From positions 94,116,001 through 94,180,000 of the forward strand of contig OX597815.1 of NCBI GenBank assembly GCA_951406725.2: a DNA stretch of 64,000 nt, given 5' to 3'. The notes under the pieces were generated by a model. That model did not search any database. It was not told where the DNA came from and worked only from the letters and a program-made list of their open reading frames with translations. Each line of letters begins with the position of its first letter. Position 1 is the first letter of the stretch. The stretch comes from Octopus vulgaris (Eukaryota). This document shows, one piece after another, positions 1 through 12,829 of the stretch. The position numbers were made by a program, and so were the translations under genes.

Positions 1-785
1 TTCTTCAACAACTTGGAAAGGTTCCTAAACTTGGAAAATGGGTGCCTCTTGAATTGTCCGAAAGCAACCGCAAATCCCGAGTTGACATCTGCTCTTTTCT
101 CCATTCTCGTGAACTCATTTCACCCTTTTTGGATAGACTTGTGACTGGTGACGAAAAATGGATCTTCTATCGAAATGTTAAACATCGTAAACAGTGGCTT
201 GGTAAAAAAGAAAAAAAGCGCAACCACAACCGAGAAGGGAACTTCTTTGGAAAAAGGTTCTTCTCTTTATCTGGTGGGATTGCAAAGGAGTAATTCACTT
301 TGAATTGTTACCACCTAATGCAACAATCAATGCTCAAGAGAGCGTTTGAACCAAGCTTTGAAGGAAAAAAGACCCGCTTTAGTGAATCGAAAAGGAGTGA
401 TGTTTCATCAGGACAATGCCCGACCCCACACTGCAAAGATCACATCACAGAAGATCGAAGAGCTTGGTTGGGAAAAAATTCTTCTTCCACCTTATTCCCC
501 TGACCTTGCTCCTTCAGACTACCATATGTTTCGTAGTTTACAGAATCATTTGGGGGACATAACTTTTGCAAGCCAGGAGGAGGTCAAAACTAACATTTCA
601 GAGTTCTTTGCTTTGAAACCAAAAGAGTTTTACATTGATGGGGTTAAAAAGCTTGTAAATAGATTGAAGGAAGTTATAGATAATCAGGGAAAGCACACTG
701 ATGGTTATATTTCAATTAAATATAACATTTGATCACTTATTTTCTTTATTCAAAATTCGGACAAAACTTATGGGATGACCTGATA
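1..785 (+). mobile_element. Mariner (D,D34D) transposon, 3' half with right TIR; frameshifted
   Basis: ORF pieces read LVTGDEKWIFY, QDNARPH and PYSPDLAPSDY across frameshifts; TIR-like end ...aaaacttatgggatgacctgata followed by TA. Confidence 0.92.
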
Positions 786-1577
786 TATATATGTGTATAC
801 ATGAGTGTATACATATATGTTTGCATATATGCATGCATGTATGTATGTATGTATGTATGTATGTATGTATGTATGTATGTATGTATGTATGTATGTATGT
901 ATGTATGCCAATATGTACACATTAAGGTGGTTTTGAGTGCTACTGGAAATATGCCATCCAGTACAACTTATCATATAGTCGACTGCTCTTCCCCGACGAT
1001 TGTCTCTTGCTGATCAGATACTTAATAGCTATTTCCCGCTCCTAAATAGCAGGGGCATGGCCTTCCAAGTGAGGATGTATACGTTGTATGTCCAGGAGAG
1101 GCTACAAATCCTGTCAGTGTTTTCGATATTCCCCATCTTTCGGGATATGATACTATGCATAACTTACTGCTGGTATGATAAGTATTTCTTCACCAAGTTT
1201 TAAGTAGGTCAACCCAGCTACTCTAGGCTCCCGAGGAGAACCACACGCCCAGGGAAAGTCGATACAACAATGCATATGGCCTTTGTTTATTAAGGGGCTA
1301 CAAAGGGAAGATGACATTTTCTTTCTTAGCTCAGTTAATGATTTGAGTATCTATTCTCAGTTAAATACAATGCAAAGTTATGGCAATTAATATTGTGAAC
1401 CGACAATAATAATTGTTTTCGAAATATGTAATATATATTGAGTTTTAATCTCGATGCATGACTTTTGGCTCACCCGGTATTTTGTTATATCCCTGGCACA
1501 GTTAAGTTTGGCTGTGCTCAATGTGAGGTATACTTATTTTGATATTTAACCCAAATTCTTTCTATTGACGGTATTAA

Positions 1578-1978
1578 ACAGGGTGTCCCAAAAGTCACGT
1601 ATGGGTTTTAATTTTTAATAACTTTCTTAACTTTACAAATAAATGCATGACATTTTGATGCAATATAGAGGATATAATGGAAAACTTGCACCATAATACT
1701 CTTAAGAGTTTCAGATCCCATCTCTCTAATATTTCAATTGATGTTCTTCAGTTGCATCAGGGTATCCGGTTTGTTGATATAAACCCTCTCTTTCAGGTAT
1801 CCCCAGAAGAAAAAAATCCGGGCTAGTCAAGTCTGGGGAACGTGAAGGCCATTCAAAGTAGACCTCACACATGATTCCAGCAAGATGGGGCAACTGCTTA
1901 TACCGCAAGACAAACAATGCAGTTGCTACGGCAGTGCTTTGGAGAGAAAATAATCTCCCGCTACGGCAATGTCAACTG
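1578..1978 (-). mobile_element. Tc1/mariner-superfamily remnant with TIR (cagggtgtccc); two transposase pieces in opposite orientation
   Basis: Minus strand EWPSRSPDLTSPDFFL(W)GYLKERVY; plus strand 1872-1978 FQQDGATAYTARQTMQLLRQCFGEKIISR. Confidence 0.8.
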
Positions 1979-1979
1979 T

Positions 1980-2150
1980 CAAGCGGTTGTGGGGGACAAA
2001 TATGGACACAAAGACATACACGACGGACTTTTTTCAGTTTCCGTCTACCAAATCCACTCACAAGGATTTGGTCGGCCTGAGGCTATAGTAGAAGACACTT
2101 GCTCAAGATGCCCCACAGTGAGACAGAACCTATATACACATTGTCTATCC
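1980..2150 (-). mobile_element. Octopus-type SINE fragment
   Basis: Reverse complement ...cttgagcaagtgtcttctactatagcctcaggccgaccaaatccttgtgagtggatttggtagacggaaactg; similar pieces at ~55415-55520. Confidence 0.6.
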
Positions 2151-2535
2151 TTTGCATGAAATATAATTGATATTTTCGTTCACATTTGACTGTTTAATGG
2201 CCTCACTGATCTTTTTTTGTTCAAAGGGTTTTGTTGGAAAGTTTTTCTCTTAGATTACAAAATATGAGGCTTCAAAATGTGGCATGTAACTTTTTTGTGA
2301 TTAACAGAGAATACACATCCTGTTAATATTGATGTCGTTCTCAGTTTCCAGGCAATATGCCCATGTTTAACATTTTGTCGATGTGTAGAATACTTATTCA
2401 CCGGTTCCTCGTTGAAGTAGATTCTCCCTGTAATTCTGTAGCTACATGGTACATTTTCAAGAATTAATTGTTTTCAAGAATTGGTTAGTAGTTCTCCCCA
2501 ACGTGCAAGATGCTGTTCACTTCATAACTACGCAC

Positions 2536-2634
2536 TTAGTTAATGTGTTTGGGTTTACTACCCTTGTTAAGCAGATAACGTTTGAGTGATACAAAACAGC
2601 GCTCTGACCGTGTTTCTACCACTACAACACTAAC
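2536..2634 (-). CDS. Tentative terminal exon 4 of the FABP-like gene (VSVVVVETRSERCFVSLKRYLLNKGSKPKHIN*)
   Basis: cag acceptor, in frame after phase-0 intron, open to TAA; weak polypyrimidine tract and longer than a typical FABP exon 4, so the true exon may lie elsewhere. Confidence 0.2.
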   Translation of the reverse strand, partial: VSVVVVETRSERCFVSLKRYLLNKGSKPKHIN

Positions 2635-3090
2635 CTGCTAACTAAATCATTAACTTAGTTGGTAACTTACGTTAATAGTTAATTTCTGTCTGTAATTACA
2701 CATGTATAACTACTTATCTAACTCATTAAGTAGCCAACTTTTTGAGTAGCTAATTAGTTATTTCTCTTATTAGTTTCTAACTAATTAGCTAACTTATAAA
2801 TCGACTAATTATTTGAATAATAAACCAAGTTAGTACGTAATTAACAAGTTTTCTAGTTGCCGAGTTAGCTAAAAAAAAGCTAACAAGCTACGCAGTTAAT
2901 TAACTTATTAATTAACTAACGACTTAATTAATTAACTAACAGCTAATTTTCTAACTTGGTAAATCATTATCTCTTGCTTGTTAACAAATCGACTGACAAA
3001 GCAGTTAATTAAAACTAATTAAATCTAATTAATTAACTAATTCATAAATGAAGTAATTAACTGACTCTAAATCAATAACCCAATCAATGA
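2560..3090. repeat. Degenerate AT-rich repeat of TAAC/TTAG/TTAA words
   Basis: Dense taactaattagtt-like quasi-palindromic units. Confidence 0.6.
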
Positions 3091-3116
3091 TAAAATATCA
3101 CAGTCATATTACTTAC

Positions 3117-3227
3117 GGTACTCATGGTACTATCATTCTCGACCGTTTTGACTACGACCATTTTGTTGCCAATCGATTCGGTAATAGTCTCCTGTATTTT
3201 GTTGTCAGCAAGTTTCGTCACCACACA
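3117..3227 (-). CDS. FABP/iLBP-like gene exon 3 (CVVTKLADNKIQETITESIGNKMVVVKTVENDSTMST)
   Basis: 111 nt, tgtttctctttag acceptor, gtaagt donor, phase 0/0, open frame continuing exon 2. Confidence 0.85.
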
Positions 3228-4373
3228 CTAAAGAGAAACAGATACGAAAATTCTATCAGACGATGCCACACTCTGCTAACGGACACAGAGATTATACATA
3301 ACAATACCACACACTGATAATAAACTCATAGGTAGATTATGTTTTGCAAAACCACGCACTGAAAATGAACACTGATAGATATATCATAACTAAAACAGTG
3401 GGCCTCAACTTTTTGTAGCTCAGCGTACCCTTCCCATGTTTTGCATCTCCTCAGAACACTCCAAATTATTTTAATCAAGCAGAAGCTAATTTTGTGCAAC
3501 CGTCTATTACCCTAATCCTATTATACTATCCCATCATATATGTACTTCGTTTTAGATATTTACGTGGACGAATGACCTTCCATCATGATACATTTTTATG
3601 GAAACAACTAAAGATGGCGTGGATTTATATAACGAAATGATATTGGACTTTGATGCATCATCAGTCATGTTTCTGCTCTTTGATAACAAAATATTCTACT
3701 CATTCTAATCGTAAGAGATTCAGCATCTACTCAAAAAGTAAATAGGATGAAAAGAGGTGTTTTTTTTCTTGAAAATAGAAGCATTGATGAATTTGAAGCT
3801 ATCTAATACCATAGTGTTTGTTCGTTTCTGTTTATTGAACATGACCAGGTAATAAATAATAGTACTTCTCTTAGTACTTTATTATCATTCCAATTGTAAT
3901 TTAAAACCAAAGCAGTCTAATAGGAGTTTAAAATCTTTATCAACATATTCAGTAAGTTCATCTTTTTTTTTTTCTGGTTTCTGTCATTTCTTTTTGTATA
4001 ATATTTCTTCCATTTCGAATTTTCTCTCTCCTAATCTTTTAATCCTTCATTATTCTTAATGTTAACCGCATTTGGTCGCATCTTATAAGACGTCAAACTT
4101 CTTTAAGAACGTTTCCGAGTAATTTTTTGCTCTGAATAACTCTATTTGTCAACCAGTGTGCTTTATTGTGCATTTACTTAGAGCTTCTCTATGGCAGCTA
4201 CAGAGACGTCTATACTTCAATGGAGAGATACCAATAAGACCAAAACATGCTCGGCATTGGCTCTTGTACTTGTCCTAATATGCTATAACCAACGGGGAAA
4301 CAGTAAAGCTTACAATAAGGAAAGTTAAGTGTAGCTTTTGACAAAAAGTTTTAAGAATTAAATATGTTCTTAC

Positions 4374-4552
4374 TTTGAAAGGCGAACCAAATAAATCAGT
4401 GGATGAATAAGGTTCATCGAATTTGAAGGGGTAATTTTTCGTTTCTGGCATTCCTTGAACAGAGATCTTATACACCCAATTGTCTCCATCAGCCTCAAAT
4501 TCATTGATGTAGCGAATTTGGGAAACTTGGTCCTGCACGTTCTTGTTAATAC
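4374..4552 (-). CDS. FABP/iLBP-like gene exon 2 (GINKNVQDQVSQIRYINEFEADGDNWVYKISVQGMPETKNYPFKFDEPYSSTDLFGSPFK)
   Basis: 179 nt, tttctttttctctgcag acceptor, gtaaga donor, phase 1/0; FKFDEP resembles the FABP F(K)LGEE motif. Confidence 0.9.
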
Positions 4553-5699
4553 CTGCAGAGAAAAAGAAACGTTATAAATAATGACTTTATGCTTTTTTTA
4601 AAAAAGTAAGTGTAGTCTGAGGAGAAGGAGGGGTGCTCCTTGTGAACTTTGCAGGTCATCCGAGACTAGTGACAGTAGTCAGTTCCTGTTTCTTCTTATG
4701 ATAAACCTCGTCCCTCGTCCAGTTTAACACCACTACTTGATTTTTAGGTACCTTTAGTGGAGTTCACTCTCTTGAGAGCATTTGAGCTAGGTTTCTTGTC
4801 TAAGGATTAACCCTCCTTTTTCTGTCACCAGTCATGGATACTGCTCTTCCTCTTCTGATTAAGTCAGAAAAGATCAATGTTTATTAGAAAAGTGTGAAAT
4901 TAAATGAAAAAATAGACTTTGACACGGCCGGAGCTATGGATCTGTGGATCTGTGGATCTCACCTAATCATTTGGTGGACTTCCTTCGTACTATGTCTGCT
5001 CGATCAGGGATATCCTGGGTCTACACAACTTAATTAAAAATAGTAGAATCCGAGGAAACTGGTAATTCTTTGCGTCGTAGAAATATATTTCAAATATTTC
5101 AAACATTGGAATAAGGTTTATGTTGTCTTGCATGAAGAAAAATTTAACTTTTCTGGCAGAACTGTTTGTTGACGAGAGGAGAAATTTTAGCTGGTGTGTA
5201 AAGATAAATAAATTGGGATTGGTGAAAGAGAAGAAGAAGAAGAAGAGGTAATGGAGGAGGAAGAAGAAATTACAAGTATCAGAGAATAGATTGAGCAATT
5301 GTAAATTTTGCGAGTAAAAAAGCAGAACATTATTAGATCTAGAAAACGTTTAGGGGAGTGGGCGGAGGTAATGGCAGGTAAATCGTTACATCTTTCCTTA
5401 TTTCCATGCTTATTTTTTTTTTATATAACTGTATATTTTTCTATAATGAATTATTTCTATGTATTTAAGGCCTCTTGTGGCTAATGAAAGATTATTATTA
5501 TTTTTTCATATACGCACAACAGATTAGACTGTTGTAAAAGAAAAATTCCTAACCCCGGGCTATAAGTAACTTTAGATGGCAAGAATCTTCCTAACTATCC
5601 TGGCTGTCCCTAATTGTCATGTCTTTTCTTATATTCCTTTTCTGCCAGCATACTACATTCACTAACTATATGAGTAACACTTTCCTCTTCTGATTTACA

Positions 5700-6530
5700 T
5701 TACCTACAGAGGGAATCTGCCTAATTTTTGTCTCTCTTAGCTTTTACCCAATTAGCCATTATTATCATTACTGCAGTCCTAGGTAAAACAGAGACCGAGT
5801 GGAAGCATTTGGAAAGTGGAATGTCATCAAGCGCTCACGGCCCTCAACCAATCAGACAGTGTGATAGGTGGAACGTCTACTTTAGCTTTTCTATAGAAGA
5901 TTAGTGGAGGAAAAGTGCGACGACGTCTTGAGGAGATTTTGGGCGTCGAAGAAGATCAGCTAGTCGCTCTTTTCCGGAAAACTTTCGGGCCGGGACCGAT
6001 GGATAATGTCTCAAAATCTCTGGCCCGGCAGTGCTACCGGGAGATTTGCCTATTCGAGATAAACTTTACAGGCACGGAAGTGCCGTCAGCCGAGCATGTC
6101 CGAGATGCACGCAGTACGACGAGACGATCCTGCATCCACTCGTCCCGTGCCTGAGAATTGCTGACCTGTAGGTTTATGTCGAACACCTGCTGTCGCGTGC
6201 GGGACGGATCCGGCTGTCTACTGGATCCATCGTGAATATCGCCCTGCCGCCTTCCTTCAATCGGGAAGGAAAGGCTATTTTTATATGCCCGGTGATCATA
6301 GCGAAAGAGGTAGTATGGTGGACGAGATTGAAGGTGCTGAAGATAAACGCTTTTCTCTTTGGCCAATCTCTGGTGAACTCCTTCAAGTTTCACTTGAAAA
6401 GGAAAATAAAGATAGAGAGGGAAGTGTTATCTTCTAGCTAGTTTTCTGAAAGATGGATAAAAGTGGCGAGAATGGTGCGAGCGAAAGGGCCTACCTTGAG
6501 CATACACCTGTAGTTTGAAAAAAAGGAAAA
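5700..6530 (+). mobile_element. Tx1/L1-clade LINE, ORF2 3' end (degenerate), in FABP intron 1
   Basis: C-terminal peptide ...AKEVVWWTRLK...FKFHLKRKIKIEREVLS..RWIKVARMV; homologous to 9200-9870. Confidence 0.7.
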
Positions 6531-6843
6531 CAAAAAAGACAGCTGCCCCCAAAGTCAGGGTGCCCATGGGTTTTTTATGGGGTTTTTCCATGAGCATCCC
6601 TCGACCGTCTCCTCCCTATTGAGGATTACACATAATTCATTTCTTTCTTCCCCTACTTGAAAAAAAAATTGTTAGACTTGTTTACACGCAAAACTTTCAC
6701 AACACGCAATCACACACATTCTTTATTTTGTCCTGTATTGTCCAAAACGTTTTTCTTAATGTAAGCCCGTGGTTGATAAAGAAAACATCATCATCATCAT
6801 CATCATCATCATCGTTATTATTATTATTATTATTATTAGTTAA

Positions 6844-7336
6844 GGCGGTGAGCTGGCAGAATCGTTAGCACGCCGGCCAAAATGCTTAGCGGTATTTCGG
6901 GGTCGATAAATTAAGTAGCAGTGGAACACTGGGGTCGATGTAGGATGTAACCGACTAGACTCCTCCCCACAAATTTCAAATTTGAGGCCTTGTGCCTCCA
7001 ATAGAAAGGATTATTATCATTATTAGTACAGCGGCGAGCTGGCAGAATCGTTAGCGCACCAGGCAAAATGCTAAGCGTCATTTCGTCCGTCTTTATGTTC
7101 TGAGTTCAAATACCACCGAGATCGACTTTGCTTTTCATCGTTTCAGGGTCTATAAAATAGGTATCAGTTGAGCACTGGGGTCGATCTAATCGGCTTACCA
7201 CACGTCATGAAATTACTGGCCTTGTGCCAAAATTATTATTATTATTATTATTATTATTAAAGCGGTGGCAGAATCGTTAATGCGTCCGGCAAAATGCCTA
7301 GCAGTATTTTTTCTGATTCATTACATTCTGAGTTCA
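6844..7336 (+). mobile_element. Three tandem copies of a tRNA-derived SINE separated by (ATT)n
   Basis: Repeated head ggcgg(c/t)gagctggcagaatcgttag and gttctgagttcaaa B-box-like motif; same family as 43865-44096. Confidence 0.85.
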
Positions 7337-7369
7337 GTGTTCATATGTTGAGTATTCAGAGTAAATGAC

Positions 7370-7720
7370 TTACTACTGGAGCCTTTTCGAATCACGTATT
7401 TGTGTCAAGTGTGTCCTCTTCCATCCATCCTGTATTTATTGACTCTGAAGACACACTACAGAAAATTAACGATTTGAGGGACACCTCGTTGGAACTGGGG
7501 TGAAGGGGAGCCGTGTCAGCATATGCAGACAATGCCACCGTAATGGTGCCGAAGTGATGAAATTTTTTTAAATGAATAGGAAGCGTTAACTGGGGTAAAA
7601 ATTAACCCAGGCAAATCCGGCATGGATGGGCTATTCTGGCATCTGGGGACGTAAGTCGATGCCGACAGACGACGTCATGGGACGTTAGGTTCATAACCCT
7701 GTTAAACTGATTAGGCATAA
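7370..7720 (+). mobile_element. Tx1-like LINE reverse-transcriptase fragment
   Basis: gtgtcagcatatgcagacaatgccaccgtaatggtg = VSAYADNATVMV (YADD-like), followed by GVKINPGKS. Confidence 0.6.
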
Positions 7721-7949
7721 TGATATTCTCCAGTGAGAAATGTATCAAAAGGGGAGTTGAAGGGAGTGTATAAGGTAGAAAGAAGGAGAAAGGCAGTGAA
7801 ATAAAGGCGACTGTTTTTTTTTTTTAGTTACTGCTGCGTAACTTTCTGAGTTACTGACAAAAAGATTAACAACTATAATGACGAAGAGAACTAAAGGAAC
7901 AACAACTAAAACAACAACAACGACGATGACGACAACAACAACAACAACA

Positions 7950-9870
7950 ACACCAACAACAACAGGGGTTGATGCCTAAAACAAAACCAAAAAATTCGTT
8001 TGCGTCAGTCACAACCCAGTGGACAGAATTCAAAGGTGATATAACTTGATCTGACGTTATGAGATTTACAGCTGAAGAAGTGAACAAAACAAACAAGAGA
8101 ACGACCATGTACAAGTGCATTAATGGAAGAGAAACTGCAATGCTTCAGAGTTGCGCAGATTGCAAAAGAAAATTTGTAAGAGGTGTACTGTACAATAACA
8201 TAGTTGGAAAGAGGAAGACAACATGGGGCAGTTTTTGCAATCTGAAGCAGTAAGATAGAGGCCAAAACAGTGGTTACAAGTGTTTTCATATCCCAAGAAT
8301 TTATTACGTTTCCTCTAAACAACGGCAAAATAGCGACAGACGTAAAAGTTAGTAATATTCAACACCACCGAGACCAGGAAAGTGTGATAGTAATGGTAGG
8401 GGAACAGTGGGATAAACTCCTCAACTAAACAAATCAGGAATATTGCTGGAGTTGCAGATGTTAGCCGCACCTGAAAACCTGACAGGCATCCTAACCATTT
8501 TGTCTTTTGACAACAATGAAAAAATGCAGGTGATAGTTGTAGGGAGAAAGTCAAGGTACTATACATGTAGCAAAAAGCAGCCAACTCAAGATTGTCGTCG
8601 GTAGTGTTGTCGGGACGTCTGTCGTGGATAGATCTGTCATCACCGGCAGATCGATCCACAACAATCTCCACTTCATTCACTACACCGAGAGCAGGTCGAG
8701 AATAGATTTGATTTTGGAGTTTTACAGGTCAATTTATATTAGTTCAAAATGCTCAACATGATCGACTGTCGTTATTTGGCAGCTGCCCTATAGTAGTCAG
8801 TTTCGCTACACTGTACAGCGGCATGTGTTCAGTGGTCAAATTACATTTAAAAAAGTGTCAAGAGGAAATTTTTCTTGAAAAATCAAACGAATGTCGCTAA
8901 TGTCGGCATTACCTAGGTTGTGTAACATTGCTTATCTTTTCGCTTCTTATGGAAGGAACAGGTTCTGCTGGTTAACAAATTCAACTGTTACCAACACCCA
9001 CGACACAGTGGTCTCGAGATTCCGTCGCTGATGGTATGCAGACACTCACCGAGGCTGTTGAGCTGCTGAAATATACTGACTACTGCAACAGCAACGATGA
9101 CGAAAACAAAAGTGAAATGACATGGGAATCTTTGAGCTGCAATCTTGGTGTCAAACGTGAACCGAGGTTTAGTGTTTGATATCTAGAATGTTGTTATGTA
9201 TCCATAGCGTTCTACAAGCTGGTGATCAGCGGGAAAACACTTTTTGTATTCTACAGGTTTGTAGAGGGTGTGAATGGCAATGGCCTACGAAGAACTTTAG
9301 GCGTTAACTAAAACAATCTGAACAGTCTATTTCAAAGAACTTACAAATCTGAGACTATATATAACTTTCAATGGTTTTAGGCATGCAAGTGCTTCAGGAG
9401 AAATAACGTGCTTGAGACAAGCTCTACTGGCACGGAAGTGTCAATAGCCAAACCTCTTCGAAATGTGCGCAAAGGCGACAATACCTTCTTGCACGCCGTC
9501 AGTGTTAGTGGATTACCTACTTGCAGGTTTGTGTCGAACAGCTGCTGTTGCATTGCAGAACGAATCAAGCTAATGTCCAAGGCTGAAGTGAAAACAGATG
9601 TTCCACATTTCTTAACAAGGAAAGGTCACTTATCTTCCTCTAGCTGGTGGATTTTGGCCAAAGTTGTGCAGTGGACTGGTGGAAAAGTTTGAAAACAAGC
9701 ATTTTATTCACTAGTCTAGCTCTCATCAACTTTTTCAAGAACCACTTTAAGAAACTGAGGGTAGAGAAATGCTATCTTCTTGTGTGTTTAATGAAAAACA
9801 GATGTAGTGAGTAGATAGTGAGTAGATAGCAAGGACGAATGGGCCTACCCTGAGTATGCTTTACAAAATA
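7950..9870 (+). mobile_element. Internally deleted Tx1-like LINE (ORF1 zinc-knuckle remnant plus ORF2 3' end)
   Basis: MQVIVVGRKSRYYTCSKKQPTQDC near 8525-8600; 9200-9870 homologous to 5900-6520. Confidence 0.55.
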
Positions 9871-10151
9871 GGAGGAAAGAAACTGGGAGATGGTACTTTT
9901 GATGCCCCGGATATGGCAGAGCAAACGTGGGCCTTCGTGTGGGGCTTTCACCGAATTACCTTTGCTTGTCTGTCTCCTTAATGTGGAATTTTTTTCATAG
10001 AAATTTTTAATAGTTACATCTTGTTTTTCTTAATTTCTTTTGATCTGACATTAACCTTATTTTTGTGTTTGTAATTTGGTCTTGTGTTACCCCTTGTATC
10101 TTAGGCCCTTATTATTATTATTATTATTATTATTATCATTATTATTATTAT

Positions 10152-10312
10152 TTTTCTTTACGTTCTGAGTTCAAGTCTAGTCAAGGCCAAATTTATACCT
10201 CATCCTTTCGGGTTCGATAAAATAAAGTACCAGTGAGGTACTAGGATCGATGTAATCGACTAGTCCCCTCCACCACAAAGTTTTAGATCTTATGCCTATA
10301 ATAGGAAGGATT
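10152..10312 (+). mobile_element. 5'-truncated tRNA-derived SINE next to (ATT)n
   Basis: cgttctgagttcaa...catcctttcgggttcgataaaataaagtaccag, same family as 43865. Confidence 0.8.
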
Positions 10313-10474
10313 GATATTATTAGTATGAATAAGTCTAAGAGCCTTAGTGTCCACAAACACTGTCAACGAAAACCAATGACAACGAAAATCAGGAGGTAGA
10401 AGAAGAAGAGTTTGAAACAGAAAAAAAAACTAACAAAATTAGTAATAACAAGGGACCAAAAGGTTCTTTTTTAC

Positions 10475-10556
10475 CTGCAGCGTTCATAAACTCTACAAAA
10501 TTATCAGGCAATACATTGTCTTGCTTCCATTTACCCCCGAAAAGATCGATCGACAT
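10475..10556 (-). CDS. FABP/iLBP-like gene exon 1 (MSIDLFGGKWKQDNVLPDNFVEFMNAAG)
   Basis: Kozak-like ccagccATG; F-x-G-K-W-K and NF-x-EFM-x-A-x-G signatures; phase-1 GT donor after the Gly as in FABP genes. Confidence 0.9.
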
Positions 10557-11269
10557 GGCTGGTTCTATTTGGTATCGGTTGACGAAATAATTCTTGCTGA
10601 GTTGAAATAAATATGGATGACGTGATGGCCAGACAGTGTGAGATAAATGTCAGTATTGTATTCTGTTGCGGTGGTTGTGTTTCTGGTGGTGTTCTGTCTG
10701 TAGAGTTTTATTTTGTACTGAGCACAACAGGTTGTTTACTGAGCAGGCGCAGTTGGGAGAAATAATATGTGAAGGGGATGCAAAAGGTTGTTCATTTAGT
10801 GTAGTAAGGAAGGGGGGGAGTGTGTCTATACCCGCGTATAGACACACACACAAAGACACATACACTGACACACATATACGCATATACAAACATATATACT
10901 CACACAAATGTAACTATAAAGACAAAAAACAATAGCAATCATAATCCGTTACCTCCCCCACCTCTCACTATTCGTTTTCTTGTAGTTTTATCAAGTTTTC
11001 TACGCTCCTCCTCTTCCTCCTCTTCCTCCTCTACCACCACCACTACTTCTCCCCCTCCTCTTCTCTCCCCCTCCTCATCTCCTCCTCCTCCTCTTCCCCT
11101 CCTCCTCTTCTCCACCCCTCTCCATCGTCCCCTCCTCCTCCGGTCTACCTTCATGCGCTTCCCTTCTAATTTCTTATACTTTCTCTACTATTTATTTCTC
11201 TCTCTAGTATGTGTGCGTTCGCGTGTGTGTGAGTGTGCGTGTGTATCTATGTTTGTCCTCTCCTCCACC

Positions 11270-11400
11270 ACCGTTTTAGTTTCTACAACCGGTATTAGTT
11301 TCTTTACGTCTCCGTAACTTAGCGGTTCGGCAAAACCTGACCCACAGAATAAGTACCATGCTTTTCGGAAAAAAAGGGACTGAGTGTCGATTTGTTTGTG
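11270..11400. mobile_element. Dispersed repeat/SINE fragment, inverse copy of 59870-60060
   Basis: acgtctccgtaacttagcggttcggcaaaa matches reverse complement of ttttgccggaccgctcggttacggggacgt. Confidence 0.6.
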
Positions 11401-12110
11401 ATTTCCATTTTATTCTACTGGACCCTAATAACATTCGATGCTTAAAAAGTCCTATTACATTTTTAATATTAGATATTATTAGAAGTTTTGTTTAAAAATT
11501 GTCAATATATTTTGTATATTGTAGAAGTATAACTTATTGCATGTAAATTTTAACAACGAAATCTTACATGGACCCCACAAGTGCCATGTGGACCCCCGGT
11601 TGAGAACATCTGGACGAAATCCATCAAGGCAGTTCCCCAGCATAGCCGCAATGTACTGACTTAAACGAGCAAAAGAAAAGATAAAAGATAAAAACTGATA
11701 CAAACGTACAAAGTTTCATTTATACCGCCTTTGTCTATCTCCATAATTTTTTTCATGTTTTTGTTTACCCTGACTTTATGGAGTTATCCGCCTCTCTTCT
11801 CTTTATTCAACCGTATCATCCCTATCTTTATATATAATTCACTGTCTTTTCTACTCTACTTCACTTCTTTTATCTTTATCGTTATTTTCTTTATTTCCAT
11901 TCACGTATTCATTTCCTATTCATTGATTTTCATGCTAACTAATTTACTTGCCTGGTATGTAGAAGGTTGCTATGTATGTATGTATGTATGTATGTATGTA
12001 TGTATGTATGTATGTATGTATGTATGTATGTATGTATGTATGTATATACATACATACATACATACATATATACATACATATATATATATATATATATACA
12101 TACAAACACA

Positions 12111-12780
12111 CTAGTTGACGTAACCAGTAATTCCCGGAGGAAACGGGGCATATCACTTGGTTCCGTTCTCATAATTGTTTCGCTAACCCAATAACAACAA
12201 TACGAAGTATGTAGCCCTTAAAACGGATTTTGTGCATTCACAGAGAATACCGAAATGTCTTACTCAGGATCTTGTTTTTAGGAATTCCCAATAAGTTATG
12301 AATACACAAATTGTGAAGTCAGTTATGTAATAACATGAAATTAGTTACCTGATAGTAAGAGTTCGAATAAAGTAGCCCCGAAAAGGGCTTTAATGCGTTC
12401 CCAGAGTATATAGAATTTAGGAGGAAATACTAATAAGGTATGTATACTAAAATCGAGAAGTATGTTTCGTAAGAACAGACTAATCAGATAAGGGATAATA
12501 ACAATTCAAAGTAAATAATTCTGAAAAGGGCTTTTGTGCTTTCCCAGAAAATATTACTCTCAGAGGCGCTAGTGTTGGTATATTCGTGAATAAGTCACTA
12601 AACGAAATAAATGGATCTATTGTTTAGGAAAATACAATTTACTTGTTTAAGGGTTGTACTGGATAAATTGCGAAAATAACTCTAACAGTTCAAATACTAA
12701 GAAGTAAGCACACTCAGTTTCATTTTTACCAAATTTTTTAGGAAAATGAATGGGTTATTTCCCTTGGCTATATATAAGGA
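12111..12780 (-). mobile_element. Non-autonomous Helitron
   Basis: Minus strand starts A|TCCTTATATATA and ends with a GC-rich hairpin then CTAG|T. Confidence 0.7.
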
Positions 12781-12829
12781 TCCTTTCCAGGGGCCCTATT
12801 ATCGATTTTTTTGGCAACAATCTGAGTAT

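Noticed and set aside
2388-2435. Alternative FABP exon 4 candidates (GESTSTRNR*, NYRENLLQRGTGE*)
   Set aside because: Too short or unlike the FABP terminal strands; weak acceptors
10690-10745. Possible FABP core promoter (TCAGT Inr-like and AT-rich words)
   Set aside because: Motifs too short and common to support without TSS data
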